Positions 50,771 to 60,173 of a stretch of DNA of 64,000 bases are shown one piece after another (position 1 is the first letter of the stretch; each line of letters starts with the position of its first letter). The stretch is from Oceanispirochaeta sp. (GTDB taxonomy: Bacteria; Spirochaetota; Spirochaetia; DSM-2461). The notes under the pieces are model-generated. The model saw nothing but the letters and a program-made list of their open reading frames with translations. It was not told the DNA's origin and ran no database searches. The DNA is taken from NCBI GenBank assembly GCA_963666275.2, contig CAXXOA010000001.1, positions 1,184,001 through 1,248,000 on the forward strand, read 5' to 3'. The position numbers and the translations under genes are program-made.

Positions 50771-51511
50771 TCAACCCAGCAAATACTCAATAACCGCCTT
50801 CACAGCCTTCCTCACGGAAGCTCCTTCCTGATACGCTTTTGTCGCCGCCCGGACAAAGACTGATCCCGCCACCACCGCATCGCAGTGCTTTTCCAGAAGT
50901 TTCACCTGATCCGGTTCGGAGATGCCGAATCCCGCCATGACTTTGCTTGCCGATGGTTTTATCTTCTCCAGCAGTTCCAGGCTCTTGTCTTCTATGGTGG
51001 TATACTGCCCGGTAATACCACTCCTAAGGGCTGTGTAGACCCAGGGCTCTTCCAGATCCATCAGTTCTTTCAGACGCTCTTCAGGGACAGAGGGGGTGAT
51101 AACAGGAACAATCGGGATTCCGACTTTTTTCCCTGTTTCATAGAGTCCCTCATCCCGGCCGAAAACCATATCGGGAATAATCAGTCCAGCGGCGCCGGCC
51201 TCTTTCGCCTGTTTCACAAACTCTTCCATACCCCGGGAAAAAAGGATATTCCCGTAGCTCATCAGAAAAACAGGTTTCCCGGTCTCTTTAATGATCCTTT
51301 CCATAAGGGGAAAGGCCTGGTCCACCTTGAACCCTCCCGACAGGGCCTGTCGGCAGGCGTTTTCAATCACAGGGCCGTCCGCACTGGGGTCGGAAAAGGG
51401 AATCTGCATCTCCAGATAGGCTGCGCCTCCCTCAGCCAGCCCGCAGGCGGTCTCGAAAGACTCCTCCAGTGTGGGGTATCCTGCAATAAAATGCGAAACA
51501 ATATCAGCCAT
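50771..51511 (-). CDS. trpA: Tryptophan synthase alpha
   Basis: AGYP, E..IPFSDP.ADGPVI, GITG, GFGIS. Confidence 0.95.
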   Translation of the reverse strand: MADIVSHFIAGYPTLEESFETACGLAEGGAAYLEMQIPFSDPSADGPVIENACRQALSGGFKVDQAFPLMERIIKETGKPVFLMSYGNILFSRGMEEFVKQAKEAGAAGLIIPDMVFGRDEGLYETGKKVGIPIVPVITPSVPEERLKELMDLEEPWVYTALRSGITGQYTTIEDKSLELLEKIKPSASKVMAGFGISEPDQVKLLEKHCDAVVAGSVFVRAATKAYQEGASVRKAVKAVIEYLLG

Positions 51512-52721
51512 AGGTCCTCCCGCTTTCGGCCTTCAGGAAGGCTCTCCAGTTTTCTCCGTCCAGGGCGGCTGCGGATATAAAAATATCCTTATCCCCCCGT
51601 CCGGACATGTTGATTATAAGATTCTGATCCGGAGTCATCTCTTTTGCCAGTCTCATGGCCGCGGCTCCCGCATGGGCCGATTCCATGGCGAATATGACAC
51701 CTTCGGTCCGGGCAAAGAATTTCAGAGCCTCCAGGGCTTCTTCATCTTTTGCATCGGTAAACTCCAGGCGGCCTTCCTCTCCCAGGGCGGCCAGCTGGGG
51801 CCCTATTCCCGGGTAGTCCAGCCCGGCCGAGATGGAGTGGGTGTCCAGCACCTGGCCGTCGTCGTCCCGGAGGAACCGGCTCTTGTAGCCCTGAATGATT
51901 CCGGGGCGGCCCACGCCGGACATCCTTACGGCGTTATTCCCCTCTCCGGGGCCCCGGCCTCCGGCTTCGACCCCCACCATGCGGATCGATCTGTCCTCCA
52001 GAAAAGGCGCCAGAAATCCGATTGCATTGGATCCGCCCCCTACGCAGGCCACCATGGTGTGGATGGGAAAGTCCGCCTGCTGACGGATCTCCTTTCCTAT
52101 GACCGACTGAAACTCCCTCACCATATCGGGGTAGGGGGAGGGGCCTAATGCCGATCCCAGAAGGTAGTGGGTGTCTTCGCTGTTGGCTGTCCAGTCCCGG
52201 AAGGCTTCGTTTACCGCGTCTTTGAGAGTCCGGGATCCTGAAGTGACAGGACGGACTTCCGCTCCGAAGAGTTCCATCCAGTACACATTGGGGTGCTGCC
52301 GGCGGATATCCTCTTCTCCCATATAGATCACACAGGGCAGTCCCAGCCGGGCACAGGCCGAGGCAGTGGCCACACCGTGCTGTCCCGCTCCGGTTTCGGC
52401 AATAATCCTGGTTTTTCCCATCCGTTTTGCAAGCAGAGCCTGTCCGGCGGCATTGTTGATCTTATGGGCTCCCGTATTGGCAAGCCCCTCCAGTTTGATA
52501 TAAATCGAAGCGCCTCCCAGTTCTTTGGAAGCATTGGCGGCTTTCAGAAGGGGCGTGGGCCGTCCTATAAAACCGGTCTGGAACTCCTGCCACTCCCCCA
52601 GGAACTCAGGATCCTTTATGGCTTCCCGGAATGCTTTTTCCAGTTCCGCCAGGGGCGGCTGGAGAACTTCCGGAACATAGCGGCCGCCGTAGGGGCCGAA
52701 AAAATCATTGAACTCGGGCAT
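51504..52721 (-). CDS. trpB: Tryptophan synthase beta
   Basis: TGAHKINN, ETGAGQHG, CVGGGSNA, SISAGLDYPG, SGRGDKD. Confidence 0.97.
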   Translation of the reverse strand: MPEFNDFFGPYGGRYVPEVLQPPLAELEKAFREAIKDPEFLGEWQEFQTGFIGRPTPLLKAANASKELGGASIYIKLEGLANTGAHKINNAAGQALLAKRMGKTRIIAETGAGQHGVATASACARLGLPCVIYMGEEDIRRQHPNVYWMELFGAEVRPVTSGSRTLKDAVNEAFRDWTANSEDTHYLLGSALGPSPYPDMVREFQSVIGKEIRQQADFPIHTMVACVGGGSNAIGFLAPFLEDRSIRMVGVEAGGRGPGEGNNAVRMSGVGRPGIIQGYKSRFLRDDDGQVLDTHSISAGLDYPGIGPQLAALGEEGRLEFTDAKDEEALEALKFFARTEGVIFAMESAHAGAAAMRLAKEMTPDQNLIINMSGRGDKDIFISAAALDGENWRAFLKAESGRTYG

Positions 52722-54135
52722 AGCTCTCAATCTCCTTGAAGAATCTTTTCATTTTATCATGGTCTTTGACCCCCGGGGAGGCTTCCAGACCGCTGGAAAG
52801 GTCAATCAGCTCGGGGTGATAGGTGGTCAGGATTTCTGCCACATTTTCAGGGTTGATACCTCCGGCCAGCCAGAGCTCCCCTTTCTCCCGGGCTTTTTCC
52901 ACAAGGGCGGGGTCCAGGCGCTTGCCCGTACCTCCCGCCGCATCGGGGCTGAAGGCGTCGAGCAGACAGGGCAGGGGATAAAAGTCATCCATCCGTTCCA
53001 GATCTTTTTCTGTTTTTATACGCAGGGCCTTGTAGCCTCTTTCGCCCACTGCCGCAGGATCCTCGCTTCCATGAAACTGAATCATATCCAGATCCCCCTC
53101 ATCCAGAAGGGCCTGGTATTCTGTGGGCAGGGACTCTCCTGTTTTGAGAACCACCACACCCACTTTCAGGGTCTCCGACTTCGGGAGGGAACGGATAAAA
53201 TCCGGATCCGTCTGGCGGGGGGAGGGGGCCAGGATGAATCCTGTCATATCCGCCCCGAGCTTTACTGCCAGATCAAAGTCCTCCCTCCGGGCCAGGCCGC
53301 AGACCTTCACAAGGGGTCTATCGGATTTATAACGGTAACAGAGCCGGGAAAAGGCGCTCGCTTTGGAGTCGGGGAGACTCCCTTCCAGCCGCTTTTTGAG
53401 CTTTCCGATCAGTGAGGGATCTCTGACCACCCCTTCTCCTACAAGAAGGCCCGAAAAGCCTGCATCCACTGCAAAGGCGCCGTCCCTGTCGGTCAGGATT
53501 CCCGATTCGTAGACGATACTGGTTTCCCAGTCTATGAAAGAGCGGATTTTCAGGGGCTGAAGGGGATAGATCCGGAAGGTTTTCAGATCCCGGCTGTTGA
53601 TTCCCGTCAGACCGGGCTTGGCATGGGAGGCCTTCTGCGCATCCTCTTTGGAGTGAACCTCCACCAGAGGGGTCATACCCAATTGCACACACAGGTCATG
53701 AAGGGTTTTCAGGTCCTCCCGGCTGAGGAGGGAGGAAATGAGCAGACACGCATCCGCCCCGGCTCTGTAGGACACTTCAATATCCTCTTCTGTGAGGAGA
53801 AAGTCCTTCCTTAATACCGCCAGTTCGGGACAGGCTTTTTTGACATCCATCAGGTCCTGAAGGGAGCCTCCGAAATAGTCGGGCTCTGTCAGAACGCTCA
53901 CATGGGCGGCGCCCCGGCTTCTATAGAGTGCTGCCTGTTCCGCCGCGCTGGGGATGTCTTTGATGTGCCCTTTGGAGGGGCTCTTCCGTTTGACCTCGCA
54001 GATCAGGAGAGGGCCTGTTCCGAAGGGCACAAGAGGAACTTCCCGCTCCTGAGGAACCGAGAATCCCTCCTCCGGGCCGAGCTTTGCAACCCGTTCACTC
54101 CTCTGATCGGCGATCTTCCGTCTGATATCCATCAT
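52705..54135 (-). CDS. trpCF: Bifunctional indole-3-glycerol-phosphate synthase / PRA isomerase
   Basis: EVKRKSPSKG, SVLTE, LRKDF, ESGI; then KVCG, QFHG.E, GGTG, LAGG, D.SSG.E..PG.KD. Confidence 0.93.
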   Translation of the reverse strand: MMDIRRKIADQRSERVAKLGPEEGFSVPQEREVPLVPFGTGPLLICEVKRKSPSKGHIKDIPSAAEQAALYRSRGAAHVSVLTEPDYFGGSLQDLMDVKKACPELAVLRKDFLLTEEDIEVSYRAGADACLLISSLLSREDLKTLHDLCVQLGMTPLVEVHSKEDAQKASHAKPGLTGINSRDLKTFRIYPLQPLKIRSFIDWETSIVYESGILTDRDGAFAVDAGFSGLLVGEGVVRDPSLIGKLKKRLEGSLPDSKASAFSRLCYRYKSDRPLVKVCGLARREDFDLAVKLGADMTGFILAPSPRQTDPDFIRSLPKSETLKVGVVVLKTGESLPTEYQALLDEGDLDMIQFHGSEDPAAVGERGYKALRIKTEKDLERMDDFYPLPCLLDAFSPDAAGGTGKRLDPALVEKAREKGELWLAGGINPENVAEILTTYHPELIDLSSGLEASPGVKDHDKMKRFFKEIESYARVQ

Positions 54136-55733
54136 GCTTCTTTTTCCTTGCGGATTTTTCTCAGGGACTGAACCAGTTTTGTGACAGAGCCGTTCTCCAG
54201 AGCCGCTTTGGCCTCTTTGTATCCTTCCTCAATGGAGCCGGCTTTCCCGTACACATAGGCCGCCGCCCCGGCGTTGAGACAGCAGGCTTCTATACAGGCT
54301 CTGCTGCCCTTTCCCTTGAGAATCGCCACCGCTGCTTTGGCATTTTCCTCGCCGCTGCCGCCGTCCAGCTCGTGGGTGTCGATTCCTGAAATCCCCACGT
54401 CCGAAGGGGAGAAGGTCTGATCGGTCTCCCGGCCGTCCTGGTCTATCATAAAGATTCTTGTGGGTTTGGCCGGGGATATCTCATCCAGTCCGTCTTCGCT
54501 GTGAACGGTCATCACCCTCTGAACTCCCAGGAGTCTGGCCGCCCGGGCCATGACAGGGCAGAGCTCCCGGTCGTAGACACCGATCAGCTGGCATTCCGCT
54601 TCGGCCGGGTTGGCCAGGGGCCCCAGCATGTTCATAATGGTTTTGATTCCCATCTCCCGCCGGACCGGGGCGGCGTGGCGCATGGCCCCGTGAAAGAGGG
54701 GAGCGAAAAGGAAGGAGAATCCTGTTTTTTCAAGGTCCGCCGCCGCTTCGGAAGGGCTGCTGTCCACGGGGATCCCCAGGCTGTTGTAAAAATCAAAACT
54801 GCCGCTTTTGGAGCTCACAGCCCTGTTGCCGTGTTTGGCCACAGGAACGCCCATGGCGGCTGTGATCAGAGCGGAAAAAGAGGAGATATTGAAGGTACCC
54901 CGGCCGTCTCCGCCGGTGCCGCACATATCCACGGTTTTCCGGGGAAAATCCACTTTCAGTTTCTTTTTTGCCAGAACCCTGGCACAGCCGGCTACTTCGT
55001 GGGGTTTGATCCCCTTGGCATTGAGAGCTGTCAGCATAGAGGCGATAAAGGCATCCGAAAGGTTCCCTTCGGTCAGTTCATCCATAAAGCTCATGGCTTC
55101 GTCTTCGCTCAGGTCCTGTCTGTCCAGGACTTTTTTCAGAAGGGATGTCTTCGGCAGAGGCTCTCTTTTGTACTTGAGGAAGTTCTTCAGAAGCATATGC
55201 CCCTCTTCGCTGCCTATGGATTCGGGATGAAACTGCACCCCTTCCACTATCTGGGACTTATGCCTTACCCCCATGATCTCGCCGTCGGGAGCTCTGGCGC
55301 TGATTTCAAGAGATTCGGGCAGGGAGCTCTCCTCCGCCGCCAGGGAGTGGTACCGGGTAAAGGCGGTTCCCTGAGGGATATTGCGGAAAACGCCCCGGCC
55401 GTCGTGTTCCATCTTCTCCACTTTTCCATGGACAATCCGTTTTGCCGAAATGATCTTCCCCCCCAGGGCCTGAACAATTGTCTGATGTCCCAGGCAGATG
55501 CCCAGTATGGGGACTTTCCCGACAAAATACTTCACAGTCTCCAGGGAGATCCCCGCTTCCTCAGGCCTTCCGGGACCGGGGGAGATGATGATGGAATCGG
55601 GATTCAGGTTTTTCAGATCCTGCAGGGTAATCCTGTCGTTCCGGTGAACCTGGACCTCTTCGTCTGTAATCTCTTTCAGGTACTGGTATACGTTAAAAGT
55701 AAAGGAGTCGTAGTTATCAATCAGAACAATCAT
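54132..55733 (-). CDS. trpGD: Fused anthranilate synthase component II / anthranilate phosphoribosyltransferase
   Basis: DNYDSFT, SPGPG, GICLGHQ, QFHPES; then D.CGTGGDG..TFNIS, KHGNR, G.DE. Confidence 0.95.
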   Translation of the reverse strand: MIVLIDNYDSFTFNVYQYLKEITDEEVQVHRNDRITLQDLKNLNPDSIIISPGPGRPEEAGISLETVKYFVGKVPILGICLGHQTIVQALGGKIISAKRIVHGKVEKMEHDGRGVFRNIPQGTAFTRYHSLAAEESSLPESLEISARAPDGEIMGVRHKSQIVEGVQFHPESIGSEEGHMLLKNFLKYKREPLPKTSLLKKVLDRQDLSEDEAMSFMDELTEGNLSDAFIASMLTALNAKGIKPHEVAGCARVLAKKKLKVDFPRKTVDMCGTGGDGRGTFNISSFSALITAAMGVPVAKHGNRAVSSKSGSFDFYNSLGIPVDSSPSEAAADLEKTGFSFLFAPLFHGAMRHAAPVRREMGIKTIMNMLGPLANPAEAECQLIGVYDRELCPVMARAARLLGVQRVMTVHSEDGLDEISPAKPTRIFMIDQDGRETDQTFSPSDVGISGIDTHELDGGSGEENAKAAVAILKGKGSRACIEACCLNAGAAAYVYGKAGSIEEGYKEAKAALENGSVTKLVQSLRKIRKEKEA

Positions 55734-55734
55734 G

Positions 55735-57146
55735 TTACACCTCTATTCCCGCGGCCAGGGCAATGGCGCGCATTTTTTCTTTGGTTTCTTCCAGTTCTCT
55801 CTCCGCGTTGGAATCGAAGACGACCCCTCCTCCCGCCTGGAGATAGAGAAACTCGTCTTTTTTCAGAGCGCTGCGGATGGTTATACAGGTATCCAGGCTG
55901 CCGTCGGCGTCCAGGTACCCCACAAGGCCCGCATAGAACCCGCGGTTGATCTTTTCCAGCCGGCTTATGGTTTTGATAGCCTGGATTTTCGGGGCCCCCG
56001 AGACGGTTCCCGCCGGAAAGGTCGCCCGGATCACATCGCCTGCGGTGACCCCCTCGTTCAGGTCTCCCACTACTTCCGATACTATGTGCATTACCTTGGA
56101 GTACCGTTCTATGCACATCATTTCGCTGATCTTGACAGTCCCTGCTTTGCAGACCCTTCCCAGGTCGTTCCGGGCCAGGTCTACAAGCATGATGTGCTCG
56201 GCTTTCTCTTTTTCATCCGACAGGAGTTCCTTTTCCAGGGCCCTGTCCTCTTTTTCATTTTTCCCCCGCCGTCTGGTCCGGCGATGGGGCGGATTATGGC
56301 CTGTCCGTTCTGTACCTTCACGTGGACTTCCGGGGAGGCTCCCAGCAGCTGGTACTGGTCAAAATCAAGATAGATCTGATAGGGCGAGGGATTGCTGGAA
56401 CGGAGATTCCTGTAGGCATCCATAGCGGACTGTTCGGTGTGGACAGTCAGACGCCGGGAGGGGACTGCCTGGAGCAGGTTCCCTTTGATAATCTCCTGTT
56501 TCAGCTCATTCACCATCTGGATATAGTATTTTTCATTGTCCGGATCAGGCAGAAGGGTGCCTTTGGAGCTCCGGTTCTGTTCGGTCATATAATTGAAATT
56601 GTAATCGAAGATCTTTGTTTCCACATCGGCGACGGCCTTTTCAAGATCCACTTCAAATCCCGGATAGTTCAGGCCGATCAGGGATATCTCATCTGTGTAG
56701 TGATCAAAAATCAGCATCACATGACCGAAAAGGAATTCTCCCAGGGGAAGTCCCAGGGCATCCTCACTTTCCACAAAGGGGATATCATCGCAGTAGGCGG
56801 CAAATTCGAAGGAGAGAAAGCCGATTCCACCGGCCGGTACGGGAAACTCCTCGTCAATGTCGCTATGGTAGGATGCCATTTTCTGAAGGACATGAAGGAT
56901 ATCTTCTCCCTGATGGTTGATCCTCTCTTCGCCTTTTGCCGAACGCCTGTAGCACACATCTCCCTGCTGCAGGATCCGGAAGGCTTCGTCCACCAGGAGG
57001 ATGGAGTAGCGGGAATGCCCTCCCGACAGGGAAGAGGACTCCAGCAGGCACTTGGCCTCCAGTTTGATTGCCAGGGCACAGGGTGTGAATTTATCACCGG
57101 GGACTTTCTTTTTATAGTAGTTCTGGGTACCGGTCTGAAATGACAT
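55735..57146 (-). pseudogene. trpE: Anthranilate synthase component I, split by a 1-nt deletion near 56277 (pseudogene or sequencing error)
   Basis: 5' frame LLES..NPSPY..GASPE..RPIAG; the conserved continuation TRRRG...EKEKAEHIMLVDLARND...FPAGTVSGAPK is in another frame. Confidence 0.9.
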
Positions 57147-57215
57147 GGTCTCTTCTCCTTTACCGAAGGGTATTCCCTCAGGACGGACTCACTTCGGCCG
57201 CCCTGAATATATCAG

Positions 57216-57279
57216 ATGTATCTATGCGTAGAAACGTACTGATACATAGAAACATACGGGGAAAAACTTATCCTGTCAA
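57216..57279 (-). promoter_or_regulatory. trp operon promoter with overlapping candidate operator
   Basis: TTGACA(57279-57274)-17-TATGTT, then ATGTATC-N18-GATACAT dyad. Confidence 0.55.
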
Positions 57280-57367
57280 GTCCGGTTGAAAAAAAGTCCT
57301 TTTTCCGAGGGTTTTGAGGAAAACAGCTTTCTGAAAGGGGTAAAAATGAAAGAGGGAAAAGGGGACG

Positions 57368-58009
57368 TTACTGTATGACTGTGCCGTTTCCGGGAGGAGG
57401 TCCTGCCGGTGCAGGAGAAGAGGCGCCGCCTTTGCCGCGCTTGGAACGGCTTCCCAGAACATTCAGAAATATACCGTAAACGGCGCCGCAGACACCTCCC
57501 ACAATATGGGATATCTGGGAAATGTCATCTGTGTTGACGATGTTGATAACCTCTTTGACAAGGTAGATACCCAGGATCGCAAAGAAGGAGACGGGAATCT
57601 CGCTCTGCTTGGCTCCCGCAAAGGATGTGAGGAGGATCATCATAAAGGCGATGCCGCTGGCTCCCAGCAGTTCGGTGGGAAAGAAAAGGGCGTTCAGGAT
57701 GCCGTTGATGAGAGTTGTCATAATCATCATCAGCGCCACCTTGCTGCTGCCGTATCGCTCTTCCAGTACCGGACCCAGCAGGAGGATAAAGGTCATGTTG
57801 CTTAAAAGATGGTCCCAGTTGGCATGGCCCAGCGCATGGGTCAGAAGCCTGATATAGGCGGGAAAGTCGTCCAGCTGGAAGGTCAGAGCCCCCTCTGCGG
57901 TGAACACACCCTGGATCATTCCCGGTACCAGATACTGATCGCAGACCAGTATAAAGGTGCATACCAGGGCAAAAGTGAGGGAAACCGGGGCATTGTACTT
58001 CAATCTCAT
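57368..58009 (-). CDS. Rhomboid-family intramembrane serine protease
   Basis: H....HLLSN, G..LEE..G, GASG, H..G. Confidence 0.88.
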   Translation of the reverse strand: MRLKYNAPVSLTFALVCTFILVCDQYLVPGMIQGVFTAEGALTFQLDDFPAYIRLLTHALGHANWDHLLSNMTFILLLGPVLEERYGSSKVALMMIMTTLINGILNALFFPTELLGASGIAFMMILLTSFAGAKQSEIPVSFFAILGIYLVKEVINIVNTDDISQISHIVGGVCGAVYGIFLNVLGSRSKRGKGGASSPAPAGPPPGNGTVIQ

Positions 58010-58152
58010 GACTTTAAGACTCTCCTTTTCCCATTGTCGGAAAAAGAGCACCGGGTATTTAACAGTTCTTCCATTAAACCGGTACGCTCCGGACCCTTTT
58101 TGAATCAGATACTCCGTATTGCCTGTATAGCTATGTAACAGGCTGGGGAATA

Positions 58153-58181
58153 TTGCATACGTGTATTACACGTGTTATAAT
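58153..58181 (+). promoter_or_regulatory. hicAB promoter with palindromic operator
   Basis: TTGCAT-17-TATAAT; spacer ACGTGTA-T-TACACGT palindrome (58159-58173). Confidence 0.8.
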
Positions 58182-58195
58182 GAAAGGAGTCACTG

Positions 58196-58378
58196 GTGAC
58201 ATCTAAAGAAGTGATCAGAATTCTGGAAAAGGATGGCTGGTATCTTGTTAATGTGAAAGGGAGCCACTATCAGTTCAGGCACCACCGAAAGAAGGGAAGA
58301 ATTACGGTACCATTCCATAGAAAAGACATTAAGTCCGGAACTCTGCATGCCATTTTAAAGCAGGCGGGTATCAAATGA
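58196..58378 (+). CDS. hicA: HicA mRNA interferase toxin
   Basis: L..DGW....KGSH..F.H....G.ITVP.H...I..GTL..ILKQAG. Confidence 0.93.
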   Translation: MTSKEVIRILEKDGWYLVNVKGSHYQFRHHRKKGRITVPFHRKDIKSGTLHAILKQAGIK

Positions 58379-58395
58379 AATTGAAGAGGTGGAGT

Positions 58396-58779
58396 ATGAA
58401 AAAGTATGTTTATCCCGCAGTTTTTGAACCTGAAGAGGGCGGATATAATGTCAGCTTTCCGGATCTTCCCGGTTGCCTTACCTGCGGTAATGATATGGAA
58501 GATGCTATTAATATGGCTGAAGATGCGCTGAGAGGATTTCTCGAATGGCTGGAAGAGGATAATGAGTCATTTCCGAGGCCAGTGGATCCAAGAAAAGTTA
58601 AATGTTCCAGCAAAGGATTTGTATCTCTTGTTTCTGTTTTTCTCTATCCCATGCACGAAGAAAGATCTGTCAAAAAAACTCTTACCATTCCCAAATGGCT
58701 GAATGATGAGGCGGTTAAAAAAAATATAAACTTCTCCCAGGTTCTGCAGAAGGAGTTGAAGAGGATTGTTCTGCATTAG
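58396..58779 (+). CDS. hicB: HicB antitoxin
   Basis: YPAVF, FPDLPGC.T.G, VKKTLTIP.WL..A....INFSQVLQ. Confidence 0.93.
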   Translation: MKKYVYPAVFEPEEGGYNVSFPDLPGCLTCGNDMEDAINMAEDALRGFLEWLEEDNESFPRPVDPRKVKCSSKGFVSLVSVFLYPMHEERSVKKTLTIPKWLNDEAVKKNINFSQVLQKELKRIVLH

Positions 58780-58806
58780 GGGACTTTTCAATCCCCCGGC
58801 ATTCTG

Positions 58807-59310
58807 TTAGTTCTGGTTATTATCCATTCTGATCAGATTCTGCTTCTCATCTTCGGTAGGGAAAATATAGGTCATCATGGCGAGTCCCGCCAGATAGAAG
58901 GGATAGTAGATCTCTCTGCTTCCTTTTGTCAGGATAAAGAGGATAAATCCCAGGATCACCACCAGTTCGCAAAGGGCTGAGGGGGGGAGCAGCAGGGCCA
59001 TGGCTGAACTGTTTCCCTGCTGTTTGATCATCTTCAGCTGGAACTGGAGAAATGCCATGACAGGACCCTCTTTCATTGTCCGTATGGTCCTTTTGATAAA
59101 AAATGCCAGGACCAGGAGCACAAAACCTACTACAGTAAACACAGTATGGATTGTTCCGGCCGTGCCGGTACCTGATAAAACCTGTTCGGGCTGAGTGATG
59201 ATTCCTTTGAGCATCAGTTCGGTTATTATAATCAGTACCAGAGCCACTCCCAGCTGAGCGGCTGATACAAGTTTGATCATATTGAACTGACTGTTGTAAT
59301 TGTTCCCCAT
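58807..59310 (-). CDS. Hypothetical membrane protein (~4 TM)
   Basis: Hydrophobic 167-aa ORF with AGGAG SD. Confidence 0.7.
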   Translation of the reverse strand: MGNNYNSQFNMIKLVSAAQLGVALVLIIITELMLKGIITQPEQVLSGTGTAGTIHTVFTVVGFVLLVLAFFIKRTIRTMKEGPVMAFLQFQLKMIKQQGNSSAMALLLPPSALCELVVILGFILFILTKGSREIYYPFYLAGLAMMTYIFPTEDEKQNLIRMDNNQN

Positions 59311-59331
59311 TCTCCTGTCCCCCGTTGTTTT

Positions 59332-60093
59332 TTATTTTAAAATCAGCTCTACAGGGCAGTGATCGCTGCCCATCACTTCCTGATGGATCACACTGTCCTG
59401 GACCATATCCATACTGCTTTCATGGGTGCACCAGTAGTCCAGTCTCCACCCCACATTCCTTTCCCGGGCTTTCATCCTGTAGGACCACCAGGTGAACTGT
59501 TCCGGTTCCTTATGAAAGTGACGGAACGTATCCACCCAGCCGCTGTCTGTAAACTCATCCATCCAGGCTCTCTCCTCGGGGAGATAACCGGGATTCTTTT
59601 CATTATTTTTGGGATGGGTCAGGTCTATGGGTTTATGGGCCACATTGTAATCCCCACAGATAAACACATTTTTCCCCTCTTCGCGCAGGGAATCCGCCAG
59701 TTTATGGAGGGTCCGGTTGAATCCCAGTTTGTAATCCAGCCTGGCTCCTTCGGACTGGGCGTTGGGAAAGTAGCAGTTGATAATGGTAAAGTCTTTAAAT
59801 TCCGCTACCTGAGTCCGTCCCTCATAGTCGAATTCCTCCACCCCCATGCCGGTGACAGAAAGAGCTTCCTCCTTTGAGTAGAGTGCCACTCCGCTGTAGC
59901 CTTTTTTTTCGGCGCTCCGGAAATAGCTGTGATACCCTTCCTGTTCCAGAAAGTGGGGCTTCAGCTGCTCAGGCTGAGCCTTTGTTTCCTGCAGGCAAAG
60001 GATATCGGGCTGAAACTCCTTCATCCACTCAAATAGCCCTTTGCCTTCTATCGCTCTGATGCCGTTCACATTCCAGGAAACCAGTTTTTTCAT
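59332..60093 (-). CDS. xth: Exodeoxyribonuclease III (AP endonuclease)
   Basis: SWNVNGIRA, LQETK, GYSGVA, GD.NVAH, WWSYR, GWRLDY, GSDHCP. Confidence 0.96.
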   Translation of the reverse strand: MKKLVSWNVNGIRAIEGKGLFEWMKEFQPDILCLQETKAQPEQLKPHFLEQEGYHSYFRSAEKKGYSGVALYSKEEALSVTGMGVEEFDYEGRTQVAEFKDFTIINCYFPNAQSEGARLDYKLGFNRTLHKLADSLREEGKNVFICGDYNVAHKPIDLTHPKNNEKNPGYLPEERAWMDEFTDSGWVDTFRHFHKEPEQFTWWSYRMKARERNVGWRLDYWCTHESSMDMVQDSVIHQEVMGSDHCPVELILK

Positions 60094-60173
60094 TATGTAC
60101 TCCTCTCTTCTTTTCAAAGAATAGATTTCCCCTCTGGAGCTGTCAACACTATCTGTTTTATAATGTTTTTCAT

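Noticed and set aside
56255..56270. Programmed -1 frameshift in trpE at G GGA AAA
   Set aside because: Slippage there would give IAGPDGGGK and lose the conserved GTRRRG residues; a simple deletion upstream fits exactly.
57213..57248. Short ORF MYQYVSTHRYI* as a trp leader peptide
   Set aside because: No Trp codons, no U-tailed terminator, and it starts only 2 nt downstream of the -10 box.
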